A stretch of DNA of 64,000 bases from an uncultured bacterium (GCA_963978095.1 CAXBQP010000009.1:1-64000), one strand, 5' to 3'. Counted from the stretch's first letter, positions 52,128-62,158 are shown. Program-made: numbers and translations. Notes: generated from the sequence alone by a model not told the origin.

Positions 52128-53333
52128 GTGCCGAACTCCAGCGCCGCCGCCCCGACGGTCCAATATCTCGATTCAAACGCGGGCGTCTCGCGTTTCCTCG
52201 AGTCGATCGGGAACACGCGCGAACTGGCGATCGACACCGAAGGGGCGAGCTTCCATCGCTTCATCGATCGGATCTACCTGATCCAGCTCTCGACGCGCAC
52301 GCATCACGGCATCATCGATCCGCTCCCGATCGAGGCGCCGGCTGCGCTCGGCGCCCTGCTCGCCGATCCCAAGGTCGAGGTCGTGTTCCACGACGCCGAC
52401 TACGATCTGCGATTGCTGCATCAGGACTACGGGTGGCGCCCGACCAACCTGTTCGACACCCGCATCGCCGCGCAGCTGCTCGGGATCCAGGCGTTCGGAC
52501 TCGCGGCGTTGCTCGAGCGCGGATTCGGGTTGAAGCTCGACAAGAAGCATCAGCGCGCCGATTGGTCGATGCGCCCGCTCACGGAGAGCATGCTGGATTA
52601 CGCGGCGCTCGACACGATGCACCTGCTCGGCCTGAAGGATCAGCTCAAGGAAGAGCTGGCGAAGAAGGGGCGCACGGCGTGGGGGAAGGAGGAGTTTCTG
52701 CGGCTCGAAGGGACCCGCTGGGAGCCGGAAGAAGCGGGGATGTCGTATCTCAAGGTGAAGGGGGCCCGCGACCTCACGCGGCGCGAACTCGCCCTGCTCC
52801 GCGAGCTCGTGCCTTGGCGCGACGCGGTGGCGCTGCAGCTCGATCGCGCGACCTTCCGCGTCGTGGCCAACGACGTGCTCCTCGAGATCGCGCGGCTCGC
52901 GCCGGCGACCATGGACGCGCTTGGCGCCATCAAGGGGATGCCGCGCGGCATGCTGGACCGCGCCGGTCGCGATGTGCTGGCGGCCGTGCAGCGCGGGCTC
53001 GCGGTACCGGATGGGCAGTTGCCGAAGTTCCCGCGCGCGCCACGCTGGGAGAAGGACCCTGAGTTCGACGACAAGGTCGGACGCCTGAAGTCGGTGCGCG
53101 ATGACGCGGCCAAGCGCCTCGAACTCGACCCCGGCGTGCTCTGCTCGCGCGAGCGGATGGAGACGATCGCGCGCGCGCTGCCGCGGACGCTCGAGGAGCT
53201 CGAGGCCATCCCGGGGATCCGGAAGTGGCAGAGCGCGGAGATGGGCGCGGGCTTCATCGGGGCGCTCGAGCGCTTCAAGGCGCGGAAGGCCGAGCGCGAG
53301 ACGCCGCGTGAGGACGATTCGCCGTATCGGTGA
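52128..53333 (+). CDS. rnd: Ribonuclease D (DEDD exonuclease + HRDC)
   Basis: AIDTE, LIQLS, FHDADYDL, FDTRIAA, QRADWSMRPL, YAALD; HRDC region. Confidence 0.92.
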   Translation: MPNSSAAAPTVQYLDSNAGVSRFLESIGNTRELAIDTEGASFHRFIDRIYLIQLSTRTHHGIIDPLPIEAPAALGALLADPKVEVVFHDADYDLRLLHQDYGWRPTNLFDTRIAAQLLGIQAFGLAALLERGFGLKLDKKHQRADWSMRPLTESMLDYAALDTMHLLGLKDQLKEELAKKGRTAWGKEEFLRLEGTRWEPEEAGMSYLKVKGARDLTRRELALLRELVPWRDAVALQLDRATFRVVANDVLLEIARLAPATMDALGAIKGMPRGMLDRAGRDVLAAVQRGLAVPDGQLPKFPRAPRWEKDPEFDDKVGRLKSVRDDAAKRLELDPGVLCSRERMETIARALPRTLEELEAIPGIRKWQSAEMGAGFIGALERFKARKAERETPREDDSPYR

Positions 53334-55608
53334 GTCGCGCGCCCTGCGTCAGGGCGCGCTGTTCGCGACGGCATACCTCGTCGTGACCGCGGTGTGCGGC
53401 GGCGCAGCGCTCGAAGCCCAGAGCACGCGCCCGATCGCACTCGATGCGGCAGGGGTGCACCTCACGCTCGATCCGTCACACGGCGGGATCACGACGCTCG
53501 AGTCGGCGACGCACGATCCCGTGGCGGCCATCGGGACCCCGGTAGCACTGTTCCGAATCGAACGCACCCCCGGCGCGAAGCCGATCGAGGCGACGCAGGC
53601 CGCGCGCTTCTCGTGGGGTCGCCTGCGCGGTGCCCGCACCGGGCTCTCGCTCGTGTGGGAAGGGTTCGAGGGGTATCCCACGCTTCGCGTGCGCGCGACC
53701 GTCACCGCCGACGCCGACTCCACCACCACGTGGCACGTCACACTCGAAGGGATCGCCGGGATCGGGGTCGAGCGCGTGCTCTATCCGCGGCTCGCCGGCG
53801 TGCGACTCGGCGATGGCGCGGAACTCAGCGTCCCGCTCTGGATGGGGCAGCGCGGGCGTGATCCGGTGCGACTGTTCACCACCGCGACCGGCGCGCCGCG
53901 CGTCTTCGAGTGGGGTTATCCCGGTCAGCTCTCCATGCAGTTGGTGGCGCTCACGCGCGGCGCGCGCGGAGGGCTCTATGTGAGCGCCGACGACTCGCTC
54001 GCCTATCGCAAGTCGTTCGTGATGTCGAGTGCCGGTGCTGGGCTCGCACAGGTGGAGATCGCGCACGTGCTCTCCGATCCGGCGAAGGCCACGCGCTACG
54101 CTCCATCGTACGGGGTGCGACTCGGCGTGACGGCCGGTTCGTGGATGCATGCGGCCGAACGGTATCGCACCTGGGGCGGCGTGCAGTCGTGGGCGCGTGC
54201 GAGTCGCGTGGCGCGCGGCACCACCACGGCCTGGATGCGCAACACCGCGATCTGGGTGTGGAATCGCGGACGCGCCGCACCAGTGCTCGATCCCGCAATC
54301 CGCTTGCGGAAGACGATCGGCCTCCCCGTGAGCGTGTTCTGGCACTGGTGGCACAACGGGCCGTACGACACCTCGTTCCCCGACTACCTGCCGCCACGAG
54401 ATGGCGCCGAACCCTTCACCGCGGCGGTGAAGCGCGCGCACGCGGCCGACGTGCGCGCGATCGTGTACATGAACCAGCGGCTCTGGTGCGTGAACACGCC
54501 GAGTTGGACGAAGGAGGGCGCCGAGCGGTGGGCCGTGCGCGAGCGTGATGGGACGGTGCGGAAGGAGACGTACAATGTGTTCAATCCCGAGCCCTGCGCG
54601 CCGATGGACGTCTCCACCAAGTTCTGGCGCGACAAGTACGCCGGGATCGCCGACACGGTGGTGAAGCAGTACGGCATCGACGGCATCTACATGGATCAGG
54701 CGGTGCTGAGTCTGATCTGCTGGTCGCCGGAGCATGGCCACCCCGTAGGGGGCGGCCACTACTGGATGGACGGCTTCCGCGCGCTCGCCGCCGATCTGCG
54801 CACCCGCAACGGCACCGCGCTCGGACTCGGCGGCGAGGGGGGCGGCGAGAGTTGGTTGCCGGATCTGGATGCGTTCCTGACGCTGCAGGTGAGCGAGGAG
54901 CGGTATGCGGATCCCGCGAGCGGGTGGGAACCGATCCCGCTCTTCCAGGCCGTGTACCACCAGCACGCGTTGACGTACGGCACGTACGGCTCGCTGACGT
55001 ATCCGCCGTACGACGAGCTGTGGCCCGACTCGACGCGTCCGCCCAACGCCATGACCTTGCTCGAGCAGAAGTACCGGCGGCAGTTCCTGCTCGAGCAGGC
55101 GCGGATGTTCGTGTGGGGGATGCAGCCGACGATTGCGAACCTCACCGACGAGCAGTTCGAGAAGCGCCCGAGCGAGATCGGCTATCTGTCGGCGCTCGCC
55201 ACACTGCGCCACGCGAATCGCGCGTGGTTGCAGGATGGCGCCTTCGTGGTGACTCCCGAGAGCGACGCCCCGATGCTCGACTTCACGGGCTCACGCATCT
55301 CGATCTACGCCGCGCGACGTGGCGGGGCCACCGAGGTGCCATTGCACGCACCGGCAGTGATGACCGGCGCCTGGCGCGCCGCGAACGGCACGGTGGGGAT
55401 CGCTCTGGCGAGCATTGACGATGCGCCGCATCAGGTGACGCTCACGTTGGATCCGGCGCGGCACGGGACGGCGCGTGGTGCGACGCTCTGGCGTGTGGAC
55501 GCGACGGGGAAGCACGCGGCTGGCGTGCTCGCGGCAGGTGCGCGCACGCTGAAGGTGCCGGTGGCGGCGCTCGAAGGGGTGCTGATGCTGCTGGAGCCGC
55601 GGACGTAG
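53308..55608 (+). CDS. Exported DUF6259-like protein, putative glycoside hydrolase
   Basis: Signal peptide; YPGQLSMQ, HWWHNGPYDTSFPDYLP, IVYMNQRLW, DGIYMDQ, IPLFQAVYH. Start uncertain. Confidence 0.7.
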   Translation: MRTIRRIGESRALRQGALFATAYLVVTAVCGGAALEAQSTRPIALDAAGVHLTLDPSHGGITTLESATHDPVAAIGTPVALFRIERTPGAKPIEATQAARFSWGRLRGARTGLSLVWEGFEGYPTLRVRATVTADADSTTTWHVTLEGIAGIGVERVLYPRLAGVRLGDGAELSVPLWMGQRGRDPVRLFTTATGAPRVFEWGYPGQLSMQLVALTRGARGGLYVSADDSLAYRKSFVMSSAGAGLAQVEIAHVLSDPAKATRYAPSYGVRLGVTAGSWMHAAERYRTWGGVQSWARASRVARGTTTAWMRNTAIWVWNRGRAAPVLDPAIRLRKTIGLPVSVFWHWWHNGPYDTSFPDYLPPRDGAEPFTAAVKRAHAADVRAIVYMNQRLWCVNTPSWTKEGAERWAVRERDGTVRKETYNVFNPEPCAPMDVSTKFWRDKYAGIADTVVKQYGIDGIYMDQAVLSLICWSPEHGHPVGGGHYWMDGFRALAADLRTRNGTALGLGGEGGGESWLPDLDAFLTLQVSEERYADPASGWEPIPLFQAVYHQHALTYGTYGSLTYPPYDELWPDSTRPPNAMTLLEQKYRRQFLLEQARMFVWGMQPTIANLTDEQFEKRPSEIGYLSALATLRHANRAWLQDGAFVVTPESDAPMLDFTGSRISIYAARRGGATEVPLHAPAVMTGAWRAANGTVGIALASIDDAPHQVTLTLDPARHGTARGATLWRVDATGKHAAGVLAAGARTLKVPVAALEGVLMLLEPRT

Positions 55609-55642
55609 CCACACTGCTTGGCCACGACCGCGCGCTGGGGCG

Positions 55643-56065
55643 CTAGAAGCCCAGGTAGGCCCGGACCCGCGGTTCGATCCGCTCCGGCGACCACATCGGC
55701 GACCACACGAGGTTGATCATCGCCGAACCCACGCCTTCAATCGCCTTGGCCGCCCTCTCGGCGTCGCCCATCAGCTCCGGGCCTGACGGACAGGCCGGCG
55801 ACGTGAGGCTCATGTCGATCTGGACGTCGTTCCCCTCGACGCGGATGTCGTACACCAGACCGAGGTCCACGATGTTCAGATTGAGCTCGGGATCCTTGAC
55901 CTTGCGGAGGGCGAGCTTGACCAGGTCGGGAGTGACCGCACCAGCGGTTACCGCAAGGTCCGGGATCGCCCCCGTCGCGTCGGGGGCAACGGGAGTCACC
56001 GGGCCAGAGTTCTCAGGCCCTGACTGATCTGCCGGGGCGATGGGGTCGAAGGTGTCGGATTCCAT
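55643..56065 (-). CDS. sufT: SufT/DUF59 (MIP18 family) metal-sulfur cluster assembly factor
   Basis: VKDPELNLNIVDLGLVY, SLTSPACP, LVWSPMWSPER. Confidence 0.88.
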   Translation of the reverse strand: MESDTFDPIAPADQSGPENSGPVTPVAPDATGAIPDLAVTAGAVTPDLVKLALRKVKDPELNLNIVDLGLVYDIRVEGNDVQIDMSLTSPACPSGPELMGDAERAAKAIEGVGSAMINLVWSPMWSPERIEPRVRAYLGF

Positions 56066-56145
56066 GGATACCCGACAAATCTAATCGCGTTGCGATTTGT
56101 TCCACGAGCGGCCTGGGGACGGGCACTGCCAGGGGCCGGCGCCGG

Positions 56146-57591
56146 TCAGTTTGGCGTCTTCTTGCTCGCGGGCTTCTTGGCCGGCGACTTCGACGACGAC
56201 TTCGACGGCGACTTCGAACTCGACTTCGAACTCGACTTCGAACTCGACTTCGAACTCGACGACTTCTTGGCGGCCGGCTTCTTGGCGCTCGACGAGGACT
56301 TCGCGGGGCTCTTGTTCGCACTCGACCCCTTGGTCTTGCTGCTGGACGGCTTCTTGGGCTTTCGCGCCTTTCGCGTGGGCTTGTTCCAGTCCACGGCGCG
56401 ATCGGCGCGGAACGACGCCGGCATCGCGGCCACGGCGAGATTCTCGTCCGTCACGGCGAGGGCGGCGGCGTCGCTCAGGTCCTGGCGCACGTCGGCGATC
56501 ACCTTGGCGGGACGCTTGGCCTTGGCGGCGTGCACGCGGTTCGTCAGCAGGATCACGAACATCTCGCGATCGGGATCGATCCAGAGCGAGGTGCCGGTGA
56601 ATCCGGTGTGGCCGAAGGCGCCGTCGCGGAGGAAATTCCCCGAGCCGTGCTGCCCTTCGCCCACTTCCCATCCCAGCGCGCGCGAGCCGGCGGCGCGTGC
56701 CGTGAACTGCTTGATGGTCGAGTCGGCGACGATGTGCACGCCGTTGTAGGTGCCGCCATCGAGGAGCATCTGCGCGAACACCGCGAGATCGCTCGCCGTG
56801 CCAAAGAGCCCCGCGTGACCGGCGACGCCGCCGAGTGCGAAGGCGTTCTCGTCGTGAACCTCGCCCTTGATCGGGTAGCCGCGCGGCGGGGAGACTTCGG
56901 TCGGTGCGACGCGGGTGACCACGGAATCGGCGGGGCGGAAGCCGGTGTCATTCATCCCGAGCGGATCGAACACGCGCCACTTCAGGTAGCTGTCGAGCCC
57001 TTCTCCCGTGATTGATTCGACGACCATGCCGAGCAGGTCGGCGCCGAGGTCGGAGTAGACGAAGCCGGCACCCGGTTTGTACTCGAGCGGGGTGTCGTAG
57101 ATGAGCGTGCGCGCTTCTTCGGGCGTGTGCGCGTGGCGCCAGAGGTCACGTCCGGCGGGGAGCCCGCCGCGATGCATGAGCAGTTGGCGGACGGTGACCT
57201 CGTCCTTGTTGCCGCCGGTGAAGCGCGGGAGGTAGTGCGAGACTTTCTCGTCGAGAAGGAGCTTGCCCTCGTCGAAGAGAATCATGCAGGCGGTGGTGGT
57301 GCCGACGACCTTCGTGAGCGAGGCCAGGTCGTAGATGGTGCGATCGGGGATGACCGGGGCGCTTTCCTTGCCCCAGCTGAGCGCGCCGAACCCCTTCTGC
57401 CAGACGATGGATCCCTTGCGGCCGATGACCACGGAGGCGCCAGGATAGCCCCCTGCCGTTATTCCGCGCTGGACGACCCGGTCGATGACCTCGAGGCGCT
57501 CCGCGGACATGCCCACGGCCTTCGGCGATTTGACGGGGAGTCCGTCGCCGGAGAACGTAACAACAGCAGCCGCAAGGAGATAACGAAGCAC
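56146..57591 (-). CDS. Serine hydrolase (beta-lactamase class C-like) with Lys/Ser-rich C-terminal tail
   Basis: YDLASLTK (SxxK), FVYSD, GEVHDENA, GVAGHAGLF, FGHTGFTG; tail KKPSSSK...SKSS repeats. Confidence 0.9.
   Translation of the reverse strand: MLRYLLAAAVVTFSGDGLPVKSPKAVGMSAERLEVIDRVVQRGITAGGYPGASVVIGRKGSIVWQKGFGALSWGKESAPVIPDRTIYDLASLTKVVGTTTACMILFDEGKLLLDEKVSHYLPRFTGGNKDEVTVRQLLMHRGGLPAGRDLWRHAHTPEEARTLIYDTPLEYKPGAGFVYSDLGADLLGMVVESITGEGLDSYLKWRVFDPLGMNDTGFRPADSVVTRVAPTEVSPPRGYPIKGEVHDENAFALGGVAGHAGLFGTASDLAVFAQMLLDGGTYNGVHIVADSTIKQFTARAAGSRALGWEVGEGQHGSGNFLRDGAFGHTGFTGTSLWIDPDREMFVILLTNRVHAAKAKRPAKVIADVRQDLSDAAALAVTDENLAVAAMPASFRADRAVDWNKPTRKARKPKKPSSSKTKGSSANKSPAKSSSSAKKPAAKKSSSSKSSSKSSSKSSSKSPSKSSSKSPAKKPASKKTPN
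56185..56256. repeat. In-frame 12-bp tandem repeat (6 units)
   Basis: CGACTTCGACGA, CGACTTCGACGG, then CGACTTCGAACT four times; encodes SSKS-type units on the minus strand. Confidence 0.9.
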
Positions 57592-57728
57592 CAGTGCCCG
57601 TGATTCGAAGAGAAAGAGCCGGACAGCAGAACCAACGGTGACGGCGAGACTTACCGCACGGGCTGCTCCAGGTCAAGACGACTATCAAGGTAGCGATGTC
57701 ACGCCAAGCACTGCGAAACGCGCGATCG

Positions 57729-58550
57729 TCAGCGGATGGGCTTCTTGAGCGTGTCGGTCGTGACCGCTCCCGGGGGGAGTTGATAGAGCAGCACGGCGGT
57801 GGCGAGATCAGCGGGGGCGAGCCGTGTGACGCGAACCCGCGGGAACATCACGCTCGTTTCGTCCCGGGTATGATCGAGGCCGAGCAGATGCCCGATCTCA
57901 TGCAGCGCGATCGTGCGTACGGCACGTCCGTCGTAGCGCGCACCATTGGTCGCATGGAGCGCGACCTCCACATCGGCGCCAAAGATCCACCCATGTTGAT
58001 CACGCGACCAGTAGGTGCGACCGGCGGCGGCGTCGGTGAAGTGGTCGATCCAGCGGAGTTTCACCTCGGCGCCGACGGAGTCGTCGGTGAAGCTGAAGCG
58101 GACGGGGAGTCCTGCCGCGTCCCAGGCGCGGAACGCGTCGCGGATATTCTGCGGATACTGCGGCATCCAGTCGCGGACGGTGCTGACCGGCTGGATCCAG
58201 ACCTGGACGGGGGTATCGGTGCGATCGATCCAGCGCGCGACATGTCCGTTGCGGGCGCGCAGGATGTCGTCGATGTAGGTGCCTTCGGATTGATCCGCGA
58301 GGAAATGGCCGAGCGCCGCGAAGTCGCGCGCCGGGGGCGCTGGCAGCGAGGAGCGTCGCATGCGCTCGAGCCCTTCGCTGGTGGCGGCCTCGTCGAGCAC
58401 GGCTTCGGAGTCGGCGGAGAGTGGCGCGGTGCTCGGCGCTGGCGGGCGCTGGTGCCGCCGGATGGCGAAGACGCTCGTCATGACCGAGGTCATCGTGGTC
58501 AGGATCCCGATGGTCACGAACAGCACGGCGGTCTTGCGTGAATCCGTCAT
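57729..58550 (-). CDS. Matrixin-family (M10) zinc metalloprotease, membrane-anchored
   Basis: HEIGHLLGLDH zinc motif plus SVMFP Met-turn; N-terminal TM segment. Confidence 0.9.
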   Translation of the reverse strand: MTDSRKTAVLFVTIGILTTMTSVMTSVFAIRRHQRPPAPSTAPLSADSEAVLDEAATSEGLERMRRSSLPAPPARDFAALGHFLADQSEGTYIDDILRARNGHVARWIDRTDTPVQVWIQPVSTVRDWMPQYPQNIRDAFRAWDAAGLPVRFSFTDDSVGAEVKLRWIDHFTDAAAGRTYWSRDQHGWIFGADVEVALHATNGARYDGRAVRTIALHEIGHLLGLDHTRDETSVMFPRVRVTRLAPADLATAVLLYQLPPGAVTTDTLKKPIR

Positions 58551-59470
58551 GCACCACGATCCGGGGCATCGAGAAAACCGAGCACGGTGGCGAAGAACTC
58601 GGCCGGTTGCTCGAAGAATGGCATATGTCCCGCAGCGGCGACGCGATGCACCGTGGCGTGCGGAATCAGGGCGCCGGTCTCCTCGGCGAGGCGCGCGGGG
58701 AGCACGTCATCCAGTCCGTGGATGAGCAGCGTCGTGGCGCGGATCGCGGTGACCTCGCGCTGCCAGTCGTAGCCTTCGCGGCGGAGTCGTGCGGCGACTG
58801 CGGCGCCGGTGACGCTCCGTTCCTGTGGTGGCGCGAACATCGCACCGAGCGCACGATCGGCGAAGTACGCTGGGTACAGCGCTCGGCTGTACTCGGCGTG
58901 GATGTCGGCGTCGGCGGCGCGCAGTGCGTTGGGGTCGAGGGAGGCGAGTACGTGCCGCGCGCTCCCGGAGAGCCGCGCGACGGCATCCGGATGCAGGCCG
59001 GGGATCCAGGCACCGGTGATTCCCACGGCGCTCGCGAGCACGAGTCGGCGTATGCCGGAGAGGTCGCGTGCGGCCGCGAGCATGGCGATACCGCCACCCC
59101 AGGAATGGCCGAGGAGGTCCCAGCGGGGGATGCCGAGGGCTTCGCGCAGTGCCACGACGTCACCAGCGTCGAACTCGATCCGGCTGGCGTTCGGCGCCGG
59201 GGGCACCTGGCTGGCGCCGCGGCCGCGCTGATCGAAGAAGACCACTTGCCGGGAGTGCGCGAGTGCGGCGAGTCCGGGCCAGAGGAGATTGTGGCTGTAG
59301 ATCATGCCGCCATTGACGCAGCAGATCGGGAGCGCACCCGCGACCGGCGGCGAGCTCCAGACGGCAAACTCGAGACCGCGCGCTTTCACGCGTGAGGCGG
59401 TGAGACGTGGGGTGCGGGGGAGTGTTTGCTTGAACGCCTTGAAGCGCTCCCAAGCAGGGGAGGTGGTCAT
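58547..59470 (-). CDS. Alpha/beta hydrolase (proline iminopeptidase-like)
   Basis: FDQRGRGAS, GHSWGG, HGLDD, GHMPFFE. Confidence 0.88.
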   Translation of the reverse strand: MTTSPAWERFKAFKQTLPRTPRLTASRVKARGLEFAVWSSPPVAGALPICCVNGGMIYSHNLLWPGLAALAHSRQVVFFDQRGRGASQVPPAPNASRIEFDAGDVVALREALGIPRWDLLGHSWGGGIAMLAAARDLSGIRRLVLASAVGITGAWIPGLHPDAVARLSGSARHVLASLDPNALRAADADIHAEYSRALYPAYFADRALGAMFAPPQERSVTGAAVAARLRREGYDWQREVTAIRATTLLIHGLDDVLPARLAEETGALIPHATVHRVAAAGHMPFFEQPAEFFATVLGFLDAPDRGA

Positions 59471-60513
59471 GTTGGCGGGTGTCGCCGGCGGATGTGCTGT
59501 ATGGCCCACGTCGCGTGTTCGCGCACGACAGGCTCGGGATCATTGGCGGCAGCGCGCTCCAGTGCCGCGAGCGCCGATGGGTCGCCGCGATTCCCGAGGA
59601 CGACGGCCGCATTGCGCGCGAGTCCGCGCCGTTTCGTGCGCGTGATGGCGGATCGTCCGAACCGTGCGCGCCAGGCGGGTGCGTCCAGTGCCAGCAGTTC
59701 CACGGGGTCGGGACGCACGCGATCGTCAGCGGGGCGGAGGGCCAGCTCGGTGAGTGGGCGCGAGAACTTCTGGTTCCAGGGGCACACGTCCTGGCAGATG
59801 TCGCAGCCGTAGAGGTGGTCGTCGAGCGCGGGGCGCAGTGGCTCGGGGATGGCGCCCTTGAGTTCGATCGTGAGGTATGCGATGCAGCGGGTGGCGTCGA
59901 GTACGTGCGGTGCGGTGAAGGCCTGTGTGGGGCACTGGTCGAGGCACCGGGTACAACGGCCGCAGTGGTCCTGGGTGAACGGAGCGTCCGGTGTGAGGTC
60001 GATGTCACAGAAGAGCGCGCCGATGAAGAAGAACGATCCGAGCTGCGGGTTGATCAGCAGGGTGTTCTTTCCGAACCAGCCGAGTCCGGCGCGGCGCGCG
60101 AGGTCCCGTTCGAGGACCGGGCCGGTGTCCACGAAGGCGCGGGTGGCGGCACCCGTGCGCGCGGTGAGCCACGCACCGAGTGCGTCGAGTTTGTCCCACA
60201 TCACGCGGTGGTAATCGTCCCCGCGGGCGTAGCGCGCGATGGTGCCGTCAGGTTGCGTGCCATCGTAGTTCAGCGCCACGACGAGGGCACTGCGCATGCC
60301 CGGCACAGGGCGACGCGAGTCCGCGCGGAGCTCAGCGCCGCGCGCGAGATAGTGCATCTCGCCGGCGTACCCGGCAGCGAGCCACGCCGTGAACTGTTCA
60401 TGGGTGTCCGCCGGACCCAGGGTGCTGATGCCGGCCAGATCGAAGCCCAGGCCGAAGGCTTGGGCCTTGAGCAGTGTCTCCACGGGGCGCACTGCCGGCC
60501 CCCCGCTGCTCAC
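59467..60513 (-). CDS. queG: tRNA epoxyqueuosine(34) reductase
   Basis: ARYARGDDYH, FVDTGPVLER, GWFGKN, CGRCTRCLDQCP, GCDICQDVCPWN. Confidence 0.95.
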   Translation of the reverse strand: MSSGGPAVRPVETLLKAQAFGLGFDLAGISTLGPADTHEQFTAWLAAGYAGEMHYLARGAELRADSRRPVPGMRSALVVALNYDGTQPDGTIARYARGDDYHRVMWDKLDALGAWLTARTGAATRAFVDTGPVLERDLARRAGLGWFGKNTLLINPQLGSFFFIGALFCDIDLTPDAPFTQDHCGRCTRCLDQCPTQAFTAPHVLDATRCIAYLTIELKGAIPEPLRPALDDHLYGCDICQDVCPWNQKFSRPLTELALRPADDRVRPDPVELLALDAPAWRARFGRSAITRTKRRGLARNAAVVLGNRGDPSALAALERAAANDPEPVVREHATWAIQHIRRRHPPT

Positions 60514-60758
60514 GGCGCGCGTGCGGCCCAGCGGGCGTAGCGGACGATGTCCTCGAGCGGCGGCACCGCATCGTGGTCGCCGTAGGCGGTGTGCATGCGC
60601 CACCGGACGTAGGTCTGGTCCGGGAGTGGAAGGAACGGGAACCGGGCGTACCAGCCCCGCGAACGGAAGCGCCACGCGGTGCGCAGGAGCGCGATTCCGA
60701 GCACCGGGTCGACGATGCTGCGCGCCACGAGACGGAGGGCGAGAGTAAGCCACGGCAT
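60510..60758 (-). CDS. Small conserved-looking hypothetical protein
   Basis: RGWYARFPFLPLPDQTYVRWRMHTAYG; stop overlaps the queG start (GTGA). Confidence 0.7.
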   Translation of the reverse strand: MPWLTLALRLVARSIVDPVLGIALLRTAWRFRSRGWYARFPFLPLPDQTYVRWRMHTAYGDHDAVPPLEDIVRYARWAARAP

Positions 60759-60840
60759 GTGCGTGAAAGATGGCGCGGTGGGCGCCGGCCTACAATCGGC
60801 CCTCGCGCCATCCCCGTCCGGCGCCCACATTGGGCAGGAC

Positions 60841-62157
60841 ATGTGGCTCTACTCCGTGATGCCCGCACTCAGTGCGTTGGTGACCCGTTCGTACTACCGT
60901 CTGACGCTCAGCGGCTCGCTGCCACCGACCGGACCGGTGTTGATCGTCGCGAACCACTCCAACTCGTTGATCGATCCGGCGTTGGTGGTCGTGGCGGCGC
61001 GCCGCTCCGTGCGCTTCATGGCGAAGCACACGTTGTTCGAGCATTCGCAGATCGGATGGTTGGTGAAGGCGGTGGGATCGGTACCGGTGTATCGGGCGAT
61101 GGACAATCCCAAGGACATCGGACGCAACTTCGATTCGTTCCGCGACGTGCATGCGGCGATCGCGCGGGGGGATGCGGTCGGGATTTTCCCGGAGGGCACG
61201 AGTCACAGCGCGTCGCGCCTGCAGCCACTGAAGACGGGTGCGGCGCGCATCGCGCTGGGCGCGGCGCAGCGGACCGGCGGGAGCTTTCCGATCGTGCCGA
61301 TCGGTCTCGTGTTCCGCGACCGTCGCGCCTTCCGAAGTTCTGCCCGGGTGATCATCGGTGAGAGTTGTGAGTGGTCCGATCTTGCCACGAGGGGGCCGCA
61401 GGACAAGGCGGCGGTGCGCGAACTGACGCGCCGGATCGAAGCGTCGATGCGGACGGTCACGGTGAACCTGCGCAGTTGGGCCGACGCACAGTTGGTGCGC
61501 TGCGCCGAACGGGTGTGGGCCGCGGAGTACGGCACATCGCCGGACGGGCGGGCGGAGCTGCACCGATTGCAGACGGCGACCGACGCGCTGGCGTTGTTGC
61601 GCATGGGTGAGCGGGAGGATTGGCGTGCGGTGGCCCGCGAGTTGCGCGCGCACGACCGGATGCTGACCCGACTCGGGCTCACCCCGATGTCGTTGCTCGA
61701 CACCATCACGCGGGAGGATGTGGCGTCGTGGGTGATACGTCGCCTGCCGCTGCTCCCCATGTTGCCGGTCGCGCTGGTGGGCTTCGTGCTCTTTCGTGCG
61801 CCCCGCGAACTGACCGGTGTACTGTCCGATCGGCTCGCGGTCGTGGAGGGTGAGGACACGGTCCCGACGTTACGCGTGCTTCTCGGTTCGGTCATCTTCC
61901 TCCTGTGGTTCTCTGTGCTCTCCGTGAGCGTTGGGGCGTGGTTCGGGTGGAGGGCCGCGCTCCTGGTGTTCCTCGCCCTGCCGGTGTTCGGGTTCCTCGC
62001 CCTCTGGATCGCGGATTCGCACCGTCTCTCGTGGACCGAGGCGCGTCGCTATGTCGTCGTGCGCACCAACCGTCGGCGCGTGGCGGCGATGCGGGCACGC
62101 CAGCGGGCGCTCGCCGAGCGGCTGCGCCACCTGTTCGCGCACCGGATGCCAGAGTAG
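60841..62157 (+). CDS. Lysophospholipid/glycerol acyltransferase family protein with C-terminal TM segments
   Basis: ANHSNSLID, RFMAK, IFPEGTSH, LKTGAARIAL. Confidence 0.88.
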   Translation: MWLYSVMPALSALVTRSYYRLTLSGSLPPTGPVLIVANHSNSLIDPALVVVAARRSVRFMAKHTLFEHSQIGWLVKAVGSVPVYRAMDNPKDIGRNFDSFRDVHAAIARGDAVGIFPEGTSHSASRLQPLKTGAARIALGAAQRTGGSFPIVPIGLVFRDRRAFRSSARVIIGESCEWSDLATRGPQDKAAVRELTRRIEASMRTVTVNLRSWADAQLVRCAERVWAAEYGTSPDGRAELHRLQTATDALALLRMGEREDWRAVARELRAHDRMLTRLGLTPMSLLDTITREDVASWVIRRLPLLPMLPVALVGFVLFRAPRELTGVLSDRLAVVEGEDTVPTLRVLLGSVIFLLWFSVLSVSVGAWFGWRAALLVFLALPVFGFLALWIADSHRLSWTEARRYVVVRTNRRRVAAMRARQRALAERLRHLFAHRMPE

Positions 62158-62158
62158 C

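Noticed and set aside
53330..53386. Possible frameshift at the DUF6259-like start (GTGA overlap with the rnd stop is out of frame)
   Set aside because: An in-frame GTG at 53308 gives a plausible signal peptide, so no frameshift is needed.
56185..56256. Tandem repeat as a CRISPR array
   Set aside because: 12-bp units with no spacers, in frame within a CDS, and no cas genes.
56146..57591. Antibiotic-resistance beta-lactamase
   Set aside because: YSD and HTG motifs plus GEVHDENA fit the broader serine hydrolase/esterase group rather than AmpC (YxN, KTG).
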